Source: Fimbriosthenelais zetlandica
Taxonomy: Eukaryota
DNA: 64,000 bases
Direction: 5' to 3'
Assembly: GCA_977030845.1 (NCBI GenBank)
Contig: OZ365111.1
Coordinates: forward strand, 43,772,001 to 43,836,000
A program made the translations under genes and the position numbers. Below, in pieces: positions 23,984-36,600 of this stretch. Numbering within the stretch: the first letter of the stretch is position 1; every line of letters starts with the position of its first letter. Under the pieces are notes generated by a model. The model had not been told where the DNA came from and did not search any database. It saw nothing but the letters and a program-made list of their open reading frames with translations.

Positions 23984-26236
23984 TTAATCCCAAGCTTCAG
24001 CAGATACGGGAGTTGGGATTCTTCCAGCTAGCACTGCCCTCTGTCGTCTGACGAGTGGATCAAGTGTGGGCATCCAGGAGGCGCCCTGTTGATCTAAATT
24101 CACAGTGACGTCAGTAAGGACGCTACCTTTCCTTGACAACTCTTCCTTTAGCTGTAATCTCACACGGGTTTCAAAGGCCGTGTAGGCGGCCATAGTCAAC
24201 AAGAGGAAGCCAATGAAGATGTATAGTACTGTACCCGTGCAGAGGAATTCTCTGAAAAGCTCCATTAAAAGGATTCCAAACATTTGCCATGCTCGATATT
24301 GAGAAAATGCTACTTCTTTGTCCCCACGAAACAATCGTCCTACCATTGCTGCAAGGTAGAAATAAAAAAGATTAAATATTAACGTTCAAAATCTGGACTG
24401 AAGTGCTGAATAGGACAGTTCAAGAAAAAGTTCAAGAAAAATATGCCTACATGTACTTGAAAAAAGTAGTAAATTTACTTTACAAAGGTGCGAAAGTTAC
24501 TTCCCCAAAAGCGACGTTCAACAGGTCAATTCAATAAAACTTTCAACAAGTTTACAAAGTTAGTTCAATAAAGTAACAAAGTTAGAACATGTTTAAATCT
24601 GACCTGACGTCATCACTTGCCAGGCGACATCAGTACATCCCCATAGACCAGCTATCACATACAAGACGCCCCATTCGTCAAGTCCTGGTTGCCATAGAGA
24701 CATGGTTAGAACGAGGCTAATTTGAATACAAGCTGTTGGGACAGCCAATCGGAAACGTCCCAAGTAACGAGCCAATAAGGCGACGGGGAATGATGTAAGC
24801 ATCGAGCAGCAGGCGGCCAAGATTCTCAACAAGTAAACGTCACGTATTGGCAGACGACATTCAACAATGTCCTGAAAAAAACCCAAATATTTATACCAAA
24901 ATAATTTCAGCTTCTTTTTTGGGGATCACGAATTTTGAGTTGAATATTTTAAGATGAGACATTTAATTTAACTTACAGTACCTTTCAGCTTGATTGGAAA
25001 TTAAGTTTTAAAGAAAATTCCAAATGTCCAAATTTTAAAGCATCAAAGATGACTTTCTTTGGCGCTTCACGGAGGACTTACCTTTGAGAAAACATTGTAG
25101 ATTAATGCTTGCTGCAGTCCCAGGTATATAAATAAAGGGATTATCATCAATATGTTGATATCTATGAATGACATAAATGTATCCTTCCATCGACAAAGGC
25201 TGTGACCAATATGCTGCCTCACTGAGATAGGCTCTGGACCTGAGGGCTTTTTTACATCACATGACCTATACTGAGACGAAGGACTGCAACAACGAGTCTC
25301 ACGAAGTCTCAGCAAGAGAGGGTGGTTTGATTTAAATAAAATGGCACACATAATGAAAGCAGTCAATGCACAAAGCAGGTAAATGCCGAGCAAAGCTTGG
25401 ATCCTGTAATAGGTGAAGGTGAAATCACCGGGATCTGGAGTGATATATAGTTGATGAAATCGATCAGTACGTGTCTCTGGGCACACATTAGCTCCACAGA
25501 CAATAGCTGTGTCATTACCTTCTACAATGTCTTGAATGGGATTACTCTTTGGTTGAAGAAGTATAACCTTGGTAGCATCCAAGATTACCGGTCCAAGGAA
25601 GAAGATAGAGTAGAAAAACCCATTAAGTATATTGATAATGGCATCGGGATCACACGTGGTTAGTGTGGCACAATATCTAAAGACACAGTTAGTGAGAAAG
25701 ACACCTTGGGCTGTGAAGAAAGGTCCTAGGATGATTCCACATATCACACATACAGGGATGATGCTGTATTCCAGAGGCAAGAAGTTGGCACTCACAAACA
25801 GACAAGTGAGAAAACAGCCCAAGACGAAGATGATCTTTATCCCAAATAATGTTATAAACACGGGAGCCAAGAGGGAGGACAAAATATAAGTTACCAATAA
25901 AGTATATTTTGCAGTTTGTCTCATAATTGTTGGCAGTTCAGCCCAGAAAGCGTCTATTTCACCAAAGAATAATGGTATTGCTATGACTTGAAGCATACAC
26001 ACGGTAGATATGATGGTTATTTTCACCAGCTGGGCTTTCCTCTTTGCTAATGCTCTTTCCATGATTTTTTCGCTTGGTAGGAGCAGATGTTTTTCAGTTG
26101 TTAAGTTAGCATTAGGTTCCTCTGTGTCATCATTATCAATGTCTGATGATGTGGATTCTGGAGAAATACAGATTCTTCCCCGTAGGTCATCTTGTTCAGT
26201 GAGTTCATCAGTCGGGACTGGCTGGTATTCGGACAT
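23984..26236 (-). CDS. UNC-93-like MFS-fold membrane protein, about 595 aa
   Basis: Exons 25082-26236, 24604-24871 and 23984-24348 join in frame, and an in-frame stop lies upstream of ATG 26236. UNC-93 signatures: APVFITLFGIK, ANFLP, GPFFTAQGVFLT, CGANVCP, IIPLFIYLGLQQA, AGLWGCTDVAWQ, AFSQYRAWQMFG. Confidence 0.85.
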
Positions 26237-29200
26237 CGTAGTTGCCTCCAACTTGATCCAACGGACGCTTCAAATAATCGCCTAAATGTGGTAAATCGTA
26301 TCTCATCAGAGAAACTCCAACTGTGTGTTCACTCTCACCCTGATTTTCGAAGTTGAATCCAGAAACCTAACTGGAATGTCCCACGTCATATTGAATTCCG
26401 TTTGAATGGAAAACCTGTGGAAAAACCAAATGGGTAATATAATAACATTGTGTCCACAGCAGAATCTAGAAAAACAAAACGTACCTATTATAGATATATA
26501 CGCCTATATTAATGATACATGGATACAAGGATACAACAGGATGACGCGTCAATGAAGATCTTCACTGGTCTGCACAGTTTGAATGGCGTAAAAGATTGGT
26601 CGTAGAATATCTAACCTCAAATGGAATTAACTATACAAATGTATGAATTATATAAATCATAGTAGATGGGAGAGAATGAGAATGAATACACACAGCCCTC
26701 ATGAAGTATGTGTGCTTTGTGACAATGACCTGAATGGTTGTATCAATGAATGGTTTGTGGGTTATGCTTTAACCAAAATCATTCAAGAATAATATATGTC
26801 GATTCTCATAAGGTGCATGGTTCATAAACCGATACAGTTTAGCCATAAAGGCCTAGTACCTCAATAAACGTCTTAAATACAGACTGAAACTGTGTCGTTT
26901 GCACGAATGAGAGCCAAATTAAGGTTTGTAATGTGTCCAGGTGCTAAGCAAAGTAACCATTCTTGGCAGGCAAAGTATATAATCACCCATGGCTGGTATT
27001 CCTTAAGAGGATTGATGTCGATAATAATGTACACACCTGAGAAATCAGTATGAACTTCATAGAGTACAAAGTAACATTTAATTCGAGCTTGAACTTACCA
27101 TATACTTGCTGACATAAGAGAAGAAAATAGATGAATAGATAACTACTAAAAGACATGAAAAGACATCAGATGTCCGTAATCCAATGTATGATCTCGTACA
27201 GACCATTATCATTTTATGGACCTGCTATCTAAAGCAGGCTCGTCATGGGTTTGAAAATAGCATGATATAAAGACAGCCCATATCACGCCATGAATTATTG
27301 ACCCTTCAATATTACCTATATCTGATATCAGACAAAACAAACTAATAAAGGCATGACGGAATGCTCGTCCTCTAATCCTATTATCATATTATACAGAACG
27401 CTAATATATATCTCACGGTTGTCTTTTTTTAGGTAAATAGGGCAGCGCATGAAAATGTATAGAAAATAGTTCGCAGGTAATTATATAATTATATAATACT
27501 TTATAATATAAGCCTTTGTCTGACATGAAATTTACAGGTGATGTATTAGATAATTTAGATATTAAACAAATTATGAAATTTTTAAATACTTAAATGATTT
27601 GTTTGTTATATGTGTTTACCTCGATCTGTGTTCACACTATAGTATACTGCCCCTATTCAGATAAATTCTTAGAGAAAGTTAAGGAAGGCATGTAATCATT
27701 TTGATATACAACCCTCAAACCCCTCAATTTTACCATGAGATAAGATGAATACAAATGTTGATACGTTATCTCATTAAAATGAGAACGAGTGCGTATAAAA
27801 CATGTATGGGGTTGATGCGGGCTGGTGATTTATGAGATAATTGGTAACCTTATTTTACATGACACAGTCTATTACCGGTACACAGGCACATAACCTGGAC
27901 TTCAATACATGCATGTACAATCCTACAATTCACATTTAAGGGAATTGGGGTGGGGGTGAGGTTGTTGGGGTTGTACCTTTTTCATTATTGACGATGTATT
28001 ACACGATTGTTTTACAATTATATAGCTGAAAACCTTCCCTAATATGGAAGAGCTATATACGGAAGGCTATAAATAAATAAATAAATTTAACACCTTGATA
28101 CTGTACGTATAATGAACCCCTACTATTAACCCCATTTTACTTATAAAGGTGCGTGACTATCACCTGTGACGAATTGACATGAATTTATAATCTTACCTTT
28201 GCATCTTTATTTAAAGATTTGTCTAAGGTTCTGAATGATTTTGAATACCTAGCACTGTCTTTGCAAGACTGGTTCGTGCCTTGGTTATTCATGGGTACTT
28301 GTATTTGATTCAATTTAATTGAAAGCAACCGAGGGTTTCGATGAACACAATAGACTTATGGGCAGGTCTATACTGCGAGAAAATTCTCAAATAAATATAA
28401 CTTTAGTTGTGCTCGTTATAGAGATGTTTATCTAACCTACAAGTGTCACAATAGAATACAAGGATATTGACCAAAACAATATCAGTAAAAACAGGGAAAC
28501 CTCTGACCAGATGAAGGCTCGATTTGGTCTATATTGTGAATGAAGAATACCCAATCATTGAAGAACTTGCCTAACCCTGTGAATGGCCTTTCTTTCTTAT
28601 AATATGATTAATGAATACTGTATCTAATTATCTTTAAACGAGAAAGATTTGGATCTGGATCTGGTTATAGATCAAAGAGCGTTTAAGGCGACAAGTCCCA
28701 GTTCAGTGAATGAAAAATATAATTGTACATAAGCTACATAATAATTATGCTAGTTAAGCTACCATAAAATACTTCCATATGTCACAGTAAGTACGCGTAT
28801 GGACTACATGTATCCTCCATTGAATATTTTTACCACATCCCAGACGTACGTGGTTTCTGTCCCAGAAACGATGTAATTCGGATGTGCTATATTATATCAA
28901 AAGGTTATACGGGGACATAGTTTATATGAGCTGAACTTGTCTGATTCAGCGGTATAAATCGTGAATCACAAAATAATCCAAGCTTATCATGTGTAGGCTA
29001 GCTAAGTACATTTATATAGAATTCTTGGACTATCTATATAGGCTAAAGCTCCAAGTCCCTGACTGTTAATAACACACATGGCAAATAGTATCCAAAACAA
29101 ACAATGATAATATCTTTGCTGACCTGACTCTGTTAACGCAATAAATTAATTTGTAAATTATGTTAAGAAAACTCACTTATTCCAATGTATGTGACCACTT

Positions 29201-30588
29201 GTTCTTCTTAGTGGAAGTATCCCAGTTTGACTTATTTTGCTCATGTATACAAGTGTCCATCCCTTATCCACACATTGTCAGTTCTTAAAGTGTGTTTCTA
29301 GCCACTCCCTAAACATGTGGATATCTACGGCCGTTAGCTTTAACTGTAGACCGGCCTTGTATATATGCTCTACAGTTGAAAATGGCTCAACTAGCACACG
29401 GGCTGAAACAAGAGTCCGGCACGCCCCACACGTTATAAACTTCAGAAAATATACAACTAGTGAGATACGTCCATGCAAGTAGTTTAAAGAGAGGAACTGC
29501 CTCACTGTTGGTACATATGATCATCCCCACTTCCTATAAAAATAAGGCCCGATCTGACCTATATGTATCTAGTCCAATATGATTCAGTATTATGTATTAT
29601 AGAAAACCTCGTGTTTCCCCTTTAGGCCCTATTGTAAGCAAGGGCAACATATCACTTACAAAAAGTCTTGTCCCTTCAAGCGCTAATCCATTGGTATGTT
29701 AAGCCTCTTTCCGAATTCTTATAGAATGCTTTATGTAATGTCCCAACGTTGAACTTTAAGTCCGGCTTTGGAAGTGGGAGTAGTCTTGGTGTTAGAGGGC
29801 CCGAGCACATGGGCCTTAAGTTTGTGCTGAATATACACATAATACATACAAAATGGTTGCGTGTTAGAATGTAAGCATTTCTGGTATGCACCACCTGTTT
29901 ATATATCTTTAAAGGATATAGGTCGAACCCGGTTTGTTTCAAAAGTACCGGTATATAGGGTTTACTCAAGCGTGAATGCCTGCCTTGAGCATAGCCTGAG
30001 AATGTGTGCGACTGCAAAACTGTGTATCACTAAATCATTCACACTCTAGTAAGATGATAGTAATATGATATGTTCTGTTCTTGGACACTGAAATAAGTCC
30101 TCTACTTCACTCCAAACTACCCACCCATGCACCTCAACTTACTATACCCTGCACCCCCACCCACCCACCCACCCACCAAACCCCCTCCATCCATTCATCT
30201 GGCAGCTGGCATGGCGTAAAATTCATTCATTCCATCCATCCATAACCCAACACCCTCTTCCATGGATGCCCCACCCACCCGACACACCCAAACGTTTACA
30301 AAGCTTGTACAGTAATTCTCGAGTTTTATTATGAACCTTAGGAGAATTATTTCTCCATCATGACATTTCTATGGAGTAACTTATACCCATTTAGGCTAAT
30401 TGAAAATATGGGATATTTTCCCTCAGAGACATAAGTCCGTTCATAAAAGGGGATGATGAGGTACGCTTCGTAATTGTTATCTTACGAGCTTCTTGCCAAT
30501 AAGATCATGAGACAGTCCTTGAAATCTTCAGAGATCACAGTCATTTATTGATATGGCTCTATCCTCGTACTTTATAAGTTAGTTTAGG

Positions 30589-32182
30589 TCAGTGGAGACA
30601 TTGCTGGCGAGCTGCGGATCGTTGATGGTAGAGATAGCCAAGTCTGCTCCACAAACCCAAACAACTAGACCGTAACCGATGGTCCGTGGCGGCAATATTC
30701 TGGGCCAGTTGATACTGATGTCTGTAAAACAAATAGTAATATGTAAGGACATTTCGTACATATAAAACAAGATATTTTATTATTTTATTTATATCCGGTA
30801 TTTAATGGGGGTTAACGTCGCTCATTTTCGAGATTTTATTATGTCATATTTTATTATAGAGTCTGTCCTCTGTTTTACCAATCAAATAGTAAATATAGAT
30901 CTATAATCATTCAGAGTAATATCTACCTTATGATATACTTGGCTCGCCTGAGGTGACCACATTGCATAAGACTGAGTCCAAAATAAAGATAACATCGAAT
31001 GACGGTGGGAGGATCGCCCATCTCCAGCGCCACCTTCAGCTGCCTCATTGATACTCTCCCTGCTTCTTTTGCCTAAAATGTCAAATACTGTTTTATACGG
31101 TATATAAAAATAGCATAAATTCATGGAATTTGAAGTACATTTTATATATTTTTTAGAACCAATATTGAATTTGAATAATATACTTCTTAGAAATTCTATT
31201 ACAAAAATGTATTTTATTTGTTAGAATTTGACAAATGTATGTAAGAGTTATGGGTGTTGGGACACTGTAATGTATTACATGTTTTTTAAACACTGATTTC
31301 ATCCTGAAGTAAAACTGCTACTCACATGGTGAGTAAAATAATCGCCTAGAGCTGAATACCCGCCGCCTAGCGTGTTGAGCCAGGACATGGCGTCCTCCAT
31401 GTAACCCTTCTTAGCGACTAACCGATGTATACGTTCATCCCTGAATAATGAACATCAAATATCATATAAAATACAATGTTCAAATGGACTTGCACCTGAC
31501 TATAATAGAAAATCTTGAGATTAACATGATATCGCTTCATGAAAGTATGACTGAATGGAAGTTTTTGTTATAATTGAAACAAGTAATAGTTAGATTCTTA
31601 CCATTTCAATTGAATATTTTCTTTCTCAGAATCCAACAAGTTTATGAAGATAATCAATGGAATGGAAATATGTGTAGAATTCCTGTTTTCATTTAACTTT
31701 CCGTGAATGTCATCTTTGGAATTTGTTTTGCGTATTTTCTTTGGGTAGTGAGCTTGGGTATATCTCATGAAGTTTTGTAGGAAGGTTTCACTCTCTTTGC
31801 ATTGTCGAATAACAGCTTCACACATACGGGCGTCCAAGTGGAGACGAACATATGTTTCACTTTGGATTTCTAAAGTATTTTTATGGTCATTTTCGTGGTT
31901 AGATCCATTACTTCGGTGAAAACATTTTCTCTTGTTATTCACTTTAATAGCATTCCAAGAAAAGACAGTAGATCCCCAATTAGTGATATCTTCCTTTGAT
32001 TTTTTCATCTTATCTTGTTGTTTCAGGGTATCATATGCAAAATATTTCCTATTTTCATTAAATGCACAGAAGTCTATTAATGTTCTTTGTTGTTGTACAC
32101 ATAAGACAAATTTCCTGAATTGGATCAAATTATCTTCAATGAAGGAAATTCCCATTCCATCATTTGATATTTTGAAAGACAT
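30589..32182 (-). CDS. Conserved uncharacterised protein, probably DUF4807 / C. elegans F58A4.6-like, about 324 aa
   Basis: Exons 31602-32200 (first ATG 32182), 31326-31440, 30927-31072 and 30589-30721 splice in frame. C-terminal half: WDERIHRLVAKKGYMEDAMSWLNTLGGGYSALGDYFTHHAKEAGRVSMRQLKVALEMGDPPTVIRCYLYFGLSLMQCGHLRRAKYIIRHQYQLA..DHRLRSSCLGLWSRL..*. Minus-strand AATAAA at 30544-30549. The gene model is solid; the family name is from recall of the motif. Confidence 0.8.
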
Positions 32183-32559
32183 TTCAAAGACTTTCAAAAG
32201 CTACACAAAAACTAAGTCTATGGGTCTATCTTTCTATGAAAGGGGTTAGTAGATACTTATAAGGCACCACAGATGTATGAAATCTATTCAGGGTTGAATA
32301 CACAGTCCTGTTTTACATTGTTTGCAACCACTCTAATTTGCAGCATGCACAAAACATCGTAGTGAGACCTGACTTCAGAAGGAATCCGAGATCCCGGTGA
32401 CATTTAGAGCCTTTTTAAAGACAAAATAGTACATATTCTTTCATACTAAGGTATTCTAAAAGCTTGCCCCAATATGTGTCTAATAGGACAGAATCGTATT
32501 TTTCCATACAGTGACAGAAAATGAAATAAAGTCCCCTGTTTCTCCTCCTCGCTAACTCG

Positions 32560-32845
32560 CGGCTGTCAACTGGGCGCGGCCATGTTGGATATAGCCTCAA
32601 TGCAATATTATCTACGTATAATTAAGTTATTCAAAAGAAATGAATAAATAGTTGAATACTGTTTGTAATTAAATTTAAAATATTACATGATGGAGCATTT
32701 ACTTTGATCTAAATTCCCCTTTCTTCCTCTTTGTTGATGTTGATGTTTTGAGGCTATAGATTGGAACTTCCGTTGTCAAATGGCGGTAACTGATGCATGT
32801 GTGATTGTTTACGAAATGAAATTGGGCTGTTTTTATGGTAAGTTA
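32560..32845. promoter_or_regulatory. Bidirectional promoter between the DUF4807-like gene and CENPJ
   Basis: YY1-like AACATGGCCGC on the minus strand (32576-32586) and CAAATGGCGG on the plus strand (32777-32786); ETS ACTTCCG (32766-32772); CENPJ non-coding exon donor GTAAGT at 32838 and acceptor before 33503. Confidence 0.6.
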
Positions 32846-33656
32846 GCTGCTTTTATACTGTTTTCTCTACTAGAAACCTTAAATGTGTTGGTTGGAATAA
32901 GGTGCAGTCGGTTGAAAGGCTGAATTTGAGTCGTCACCCTCTAAATTTCCCCGATAACAAGATTCTACGCGACATGTTTGGACTTGTCCTAGTTTTCATC
33001 CTTGTGGCAATGTGGGTGTGTGCAGTAGGGAATAGCCTATGTGCTGAAGTACTCGGCTAAATAGTTGCTTATTCTGTCACTTAAAATCACAGAATTACTG
33101 TGAAAATCGTAAATTTCGTCATTTCACACCAGTTAGGAGTTTACGAATCAATACACGACAACATTTAGTTTATCTACCACTTCAAATGTAGGTCAAGATT
33201 TGGTGTCCTATTTCTATAAATTTGTTGTGCTACCTTGCTTCCTTGGCTTGACTTCTTGAGACTGGGCACAGCCACTGGCTTTTAAGTTGTGTACAAATAC
33301 AATGACATTACAACTCCTTGACTAGCTATCTCTAACACTGTCACTGGTGACTAGCTACTCACACCTGTGACTTGTTAGAAGTTGTATGGTAATGAATTCA
33401 TGTAGAGGTTGTTAAAATGTTCAAAGGAGAGTAGTGTAGGCCTAATCCATTTTACATCTAGATCTAGTTTATAAACAATAATTCCTGATTTTCCTTTTTC
33501 AGATTTGTAGAATGTCATTTGAAGTGCACCTCATGGCTTTTCGACTGCTGAACAACAGAGGAAGCTGACATTTAAAGAATAAAGAATACTTGACCAGCTC
33601 ATGGATGAAATCATTTCACGGATTTAGTCAAAAATTGTTGATATAAATTTGCCAAA

Positions 33657-36600
33657 ATGAGTCGTCATCCGACTCAAAGACAGATGAAATTCCACGGCAG
33701 CCAAACAGGCCCGCCTCCCACTGTGACCGAAAATATGTTTTTACCTTCCCAATCCACATGGGCGGGGTTGAACAATAATCAGCCTATGATGTTGGACCCA
33801 AATATGTTTGCTAAAATGCAACAAATGCAGCTGCAGCAGAGATTCCAGTCTCCAGGCCTGGACCCTCGGTTAGTTCAGACGTCTCCTGGAATGTCCTCAG
33901 CTGCTATGAATTTACTGATGTTACAGCAGCAAATGAATGCAGCTTTGTTAACTCAGTCCATGGACAGTGCAGGGGAAGTCAGTAACTCTATAGGCAGTGA
34001 CGATGCCTCTTTTACTCACCCTGGAATGAATAATATGCTCATGAAGATGGATATCCCAACGGCCAACTTCACTAAGGCAATCAACTTTGAAACATTTGCC
34101 AATGGTGGACTTGACGGTGGGCTGAAAGATGTGGATGGAGAGGAGGGGGGATTCGAAGATGAGGGGGATTTTGAGTCGGTGGAAGATGAAGGAAGTTTGC
34201 CCCAAAATAGTTTTGGTAAGTAAGATATTTTACCCTGTTTTATATCATTTTAGCTTCATACATTTTCAAATGAATCGCACATGATATTTAGGAAAAATAT
34301 CTAGAAATATGATGGATTAAACGCCTTTGCAAAAATATTAAATATTCTTAGAAATTAGCACGTTTCTATTTCAAAATAGATTTGTCCCAATTTTCTAAAG
34401 GAGTAACAATTAAATAAATTATTTGTTGATAATTGCAGATACATCTAGTGACCTTATTGAGCAGCAGCAGGCTCAGCAGCAGTCCACACTGATGGACAAA
34501 TTTAAAAAGATCCGAGAATGGCAAGAAAAACAACAAGAAATGTTGATGATGCAACAACAACATCAGCTCCAGGTTTTACGTGAAGAGCAGGAGAGGGTGC
34601 AGAGAATGGTTGTCAAGCAACGAGAGATGCAGTGGGGTGCTTCCCCTGTAGCAGGCCAAAATTGTAAGTGGAGGGAGTTAGCTCAGTGGTTAGAGCACCT
34701 GCTCATTGAGGGGGTTGCCAATGATGCAATGGTTGACGGTTCAATCCCCGAGCTGAGCTGTCCAATGCATTTTCAATGTTTTAGGGTGTTGCACTGGAGT
34801 CTGTTGTATAATATATGTTCTATATCTCCTATATCTCAGATATATCTGCAGCCTATAAGACAATATAATAGTTCAATTAGAAGGATACCCCAGTAGATTT
34901 GTAAATATGGTTTTTACAGAACTTGCATGATTAAAAATCCTGTTGATTTCTGTAAATTTTAATAATTTTCTAGCCATTGCCACACACAACCCCCCAATGA
35001 GTTCGCCTAGGAAATCTAATGTACGAACATCAGGCGGCCTATCACACACTATGGGACCGATTGGAAAAGGAATACCAGCGTTAAACAAACAGGTAAAACA
35101 AAAAAATGAATACAATTTTGGATCTCGCACTGAATGCTCTTTTAATATAAATAGCCATTCAGATTTGCCTATTTCTTTATATTCGTCAAGGATGATTAAA
35201 TCTAAAACTATAATTATTGACAACATAAGTAAAGAGACAGGTCCCCACTTCAATGCGACCGCTACCAAAAAAAAAAAACTATAATTATATAGACTTCAGT
35301 TTATTATAATCTATTCTTTTAAATTTTAACTTTATAACTTAAAACTTAGTTAATTAATTTACATACAAACAGCACTGAAAGTGTGGTTTGTTTTCACCAA
35401 GTCAAGCTTCAAGAAGCCAGTAAAACTTAGGCACTTTATCATTGAAAACGTGTTAGCTAAAATTTCTTTTTGTAATTTTCTTTTGAGCAAGTTTGTTTTA
35501 CTGTTGTTTCAGCAACCGGGGAGGCCAGTACCAGACCTACCACCTGAAGATCTCCATTCTATGAATCCCCACCTGACAGAAGATCACCAAGACTTACACA
35601 GCGACTGTGCCAGTCAACACTCCATGGACGAGGAGGGCGTCTTCCCCCTACCAGAAAGCACGACCAAGAACTACCCCCAACCCCCACGGACAGCCCCCAC
35701 CGTCACCCACCTCCCCAACCAGGCTGAAGAAAGGACGCCTAACTTTGGCAACACATTTCCTGGCAATCTGGCTCTCTTTACTGCAGCCAATATGAAGCAA
35801 AATTTATACCATCAAATGTTGGCTCATCAAGGTGGAGCTCTGAATGGAATAGTGGAGAATATGAACGATGGGCATATAGAAAGTGTGTCTGATGAGGAAG
35901 GGGTCGGAGCTAGCATCCCTTATCTACAGGAGGAGGAGCAGCTATCTGTACCAACAATGGACGGGTTAGACTTCAGAGAATCTATGGGTTATCAACATGA
36001 GAGGAGATTTTCCCCTCACGATCCCTCCGGGGATGATCATAGGGAAGATGGGGAAATGGAGGAATATTATGAGGAGGAAGAGGATGTGGATGGGTACGAG
36101 GAGGACGAAAGCTGTCATGTAAATATACTTCTCTTTATTTTGATCTTAAAATTGACAAACACTTTAAAATTCGAAATAAAAGATGAAAAGGAAGAAAAAT
36201 AATATTTAGAATACACATTTTAAATTGTTATAAAAATTAAATTATCTTCATGTACCTAAATACTCTATTCCTATCTTTACTTGTATGATTTTGAATGTTG
36301 TCTTTTTACCGTAGTGTGAGGGAAATGAGACTGCTGATTTTGATGACCAACCGGTCCTTGGTCTAGGAGGTGAGTAGATTTTGAAAACTATAAAAGAAAT
36401 GAATTCAATACAATTGCAGCGACTATATAAAAAGCAATAACAAAATACTTGTTAGATCGGATATCCCAATTTAACTATATATAATATATATTAAACAATT
36501 CGAATTAAATTAATAATATAATTTATTAAATAAATCTATGTTATAGCAAAGAAAAAGACATTTGAAGAATTGCTGGAAGAGGAGCTGAGAAAGGAGGAGG

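Noticed and set aside
26527-26534. U12-like donor GTATCCTT on the minus strand (also ATATCCTT near 28460)
   Set aside because: No matching U12 branch site before the next acceptor and no supported upstream exon.
30882-31124. 80-aa ORF over the DUF4807-like exon
   Set aside because: Wrong frame; splice phases and conserved motifs support the AKEAGRVSMRQL frame.
32772-32790. RFX X-box in the CENPJ promoter (GTTGTC..GGTAAC)
   Set aside because: Half-sites are 7 nt apart; the consensus allows 0-3.
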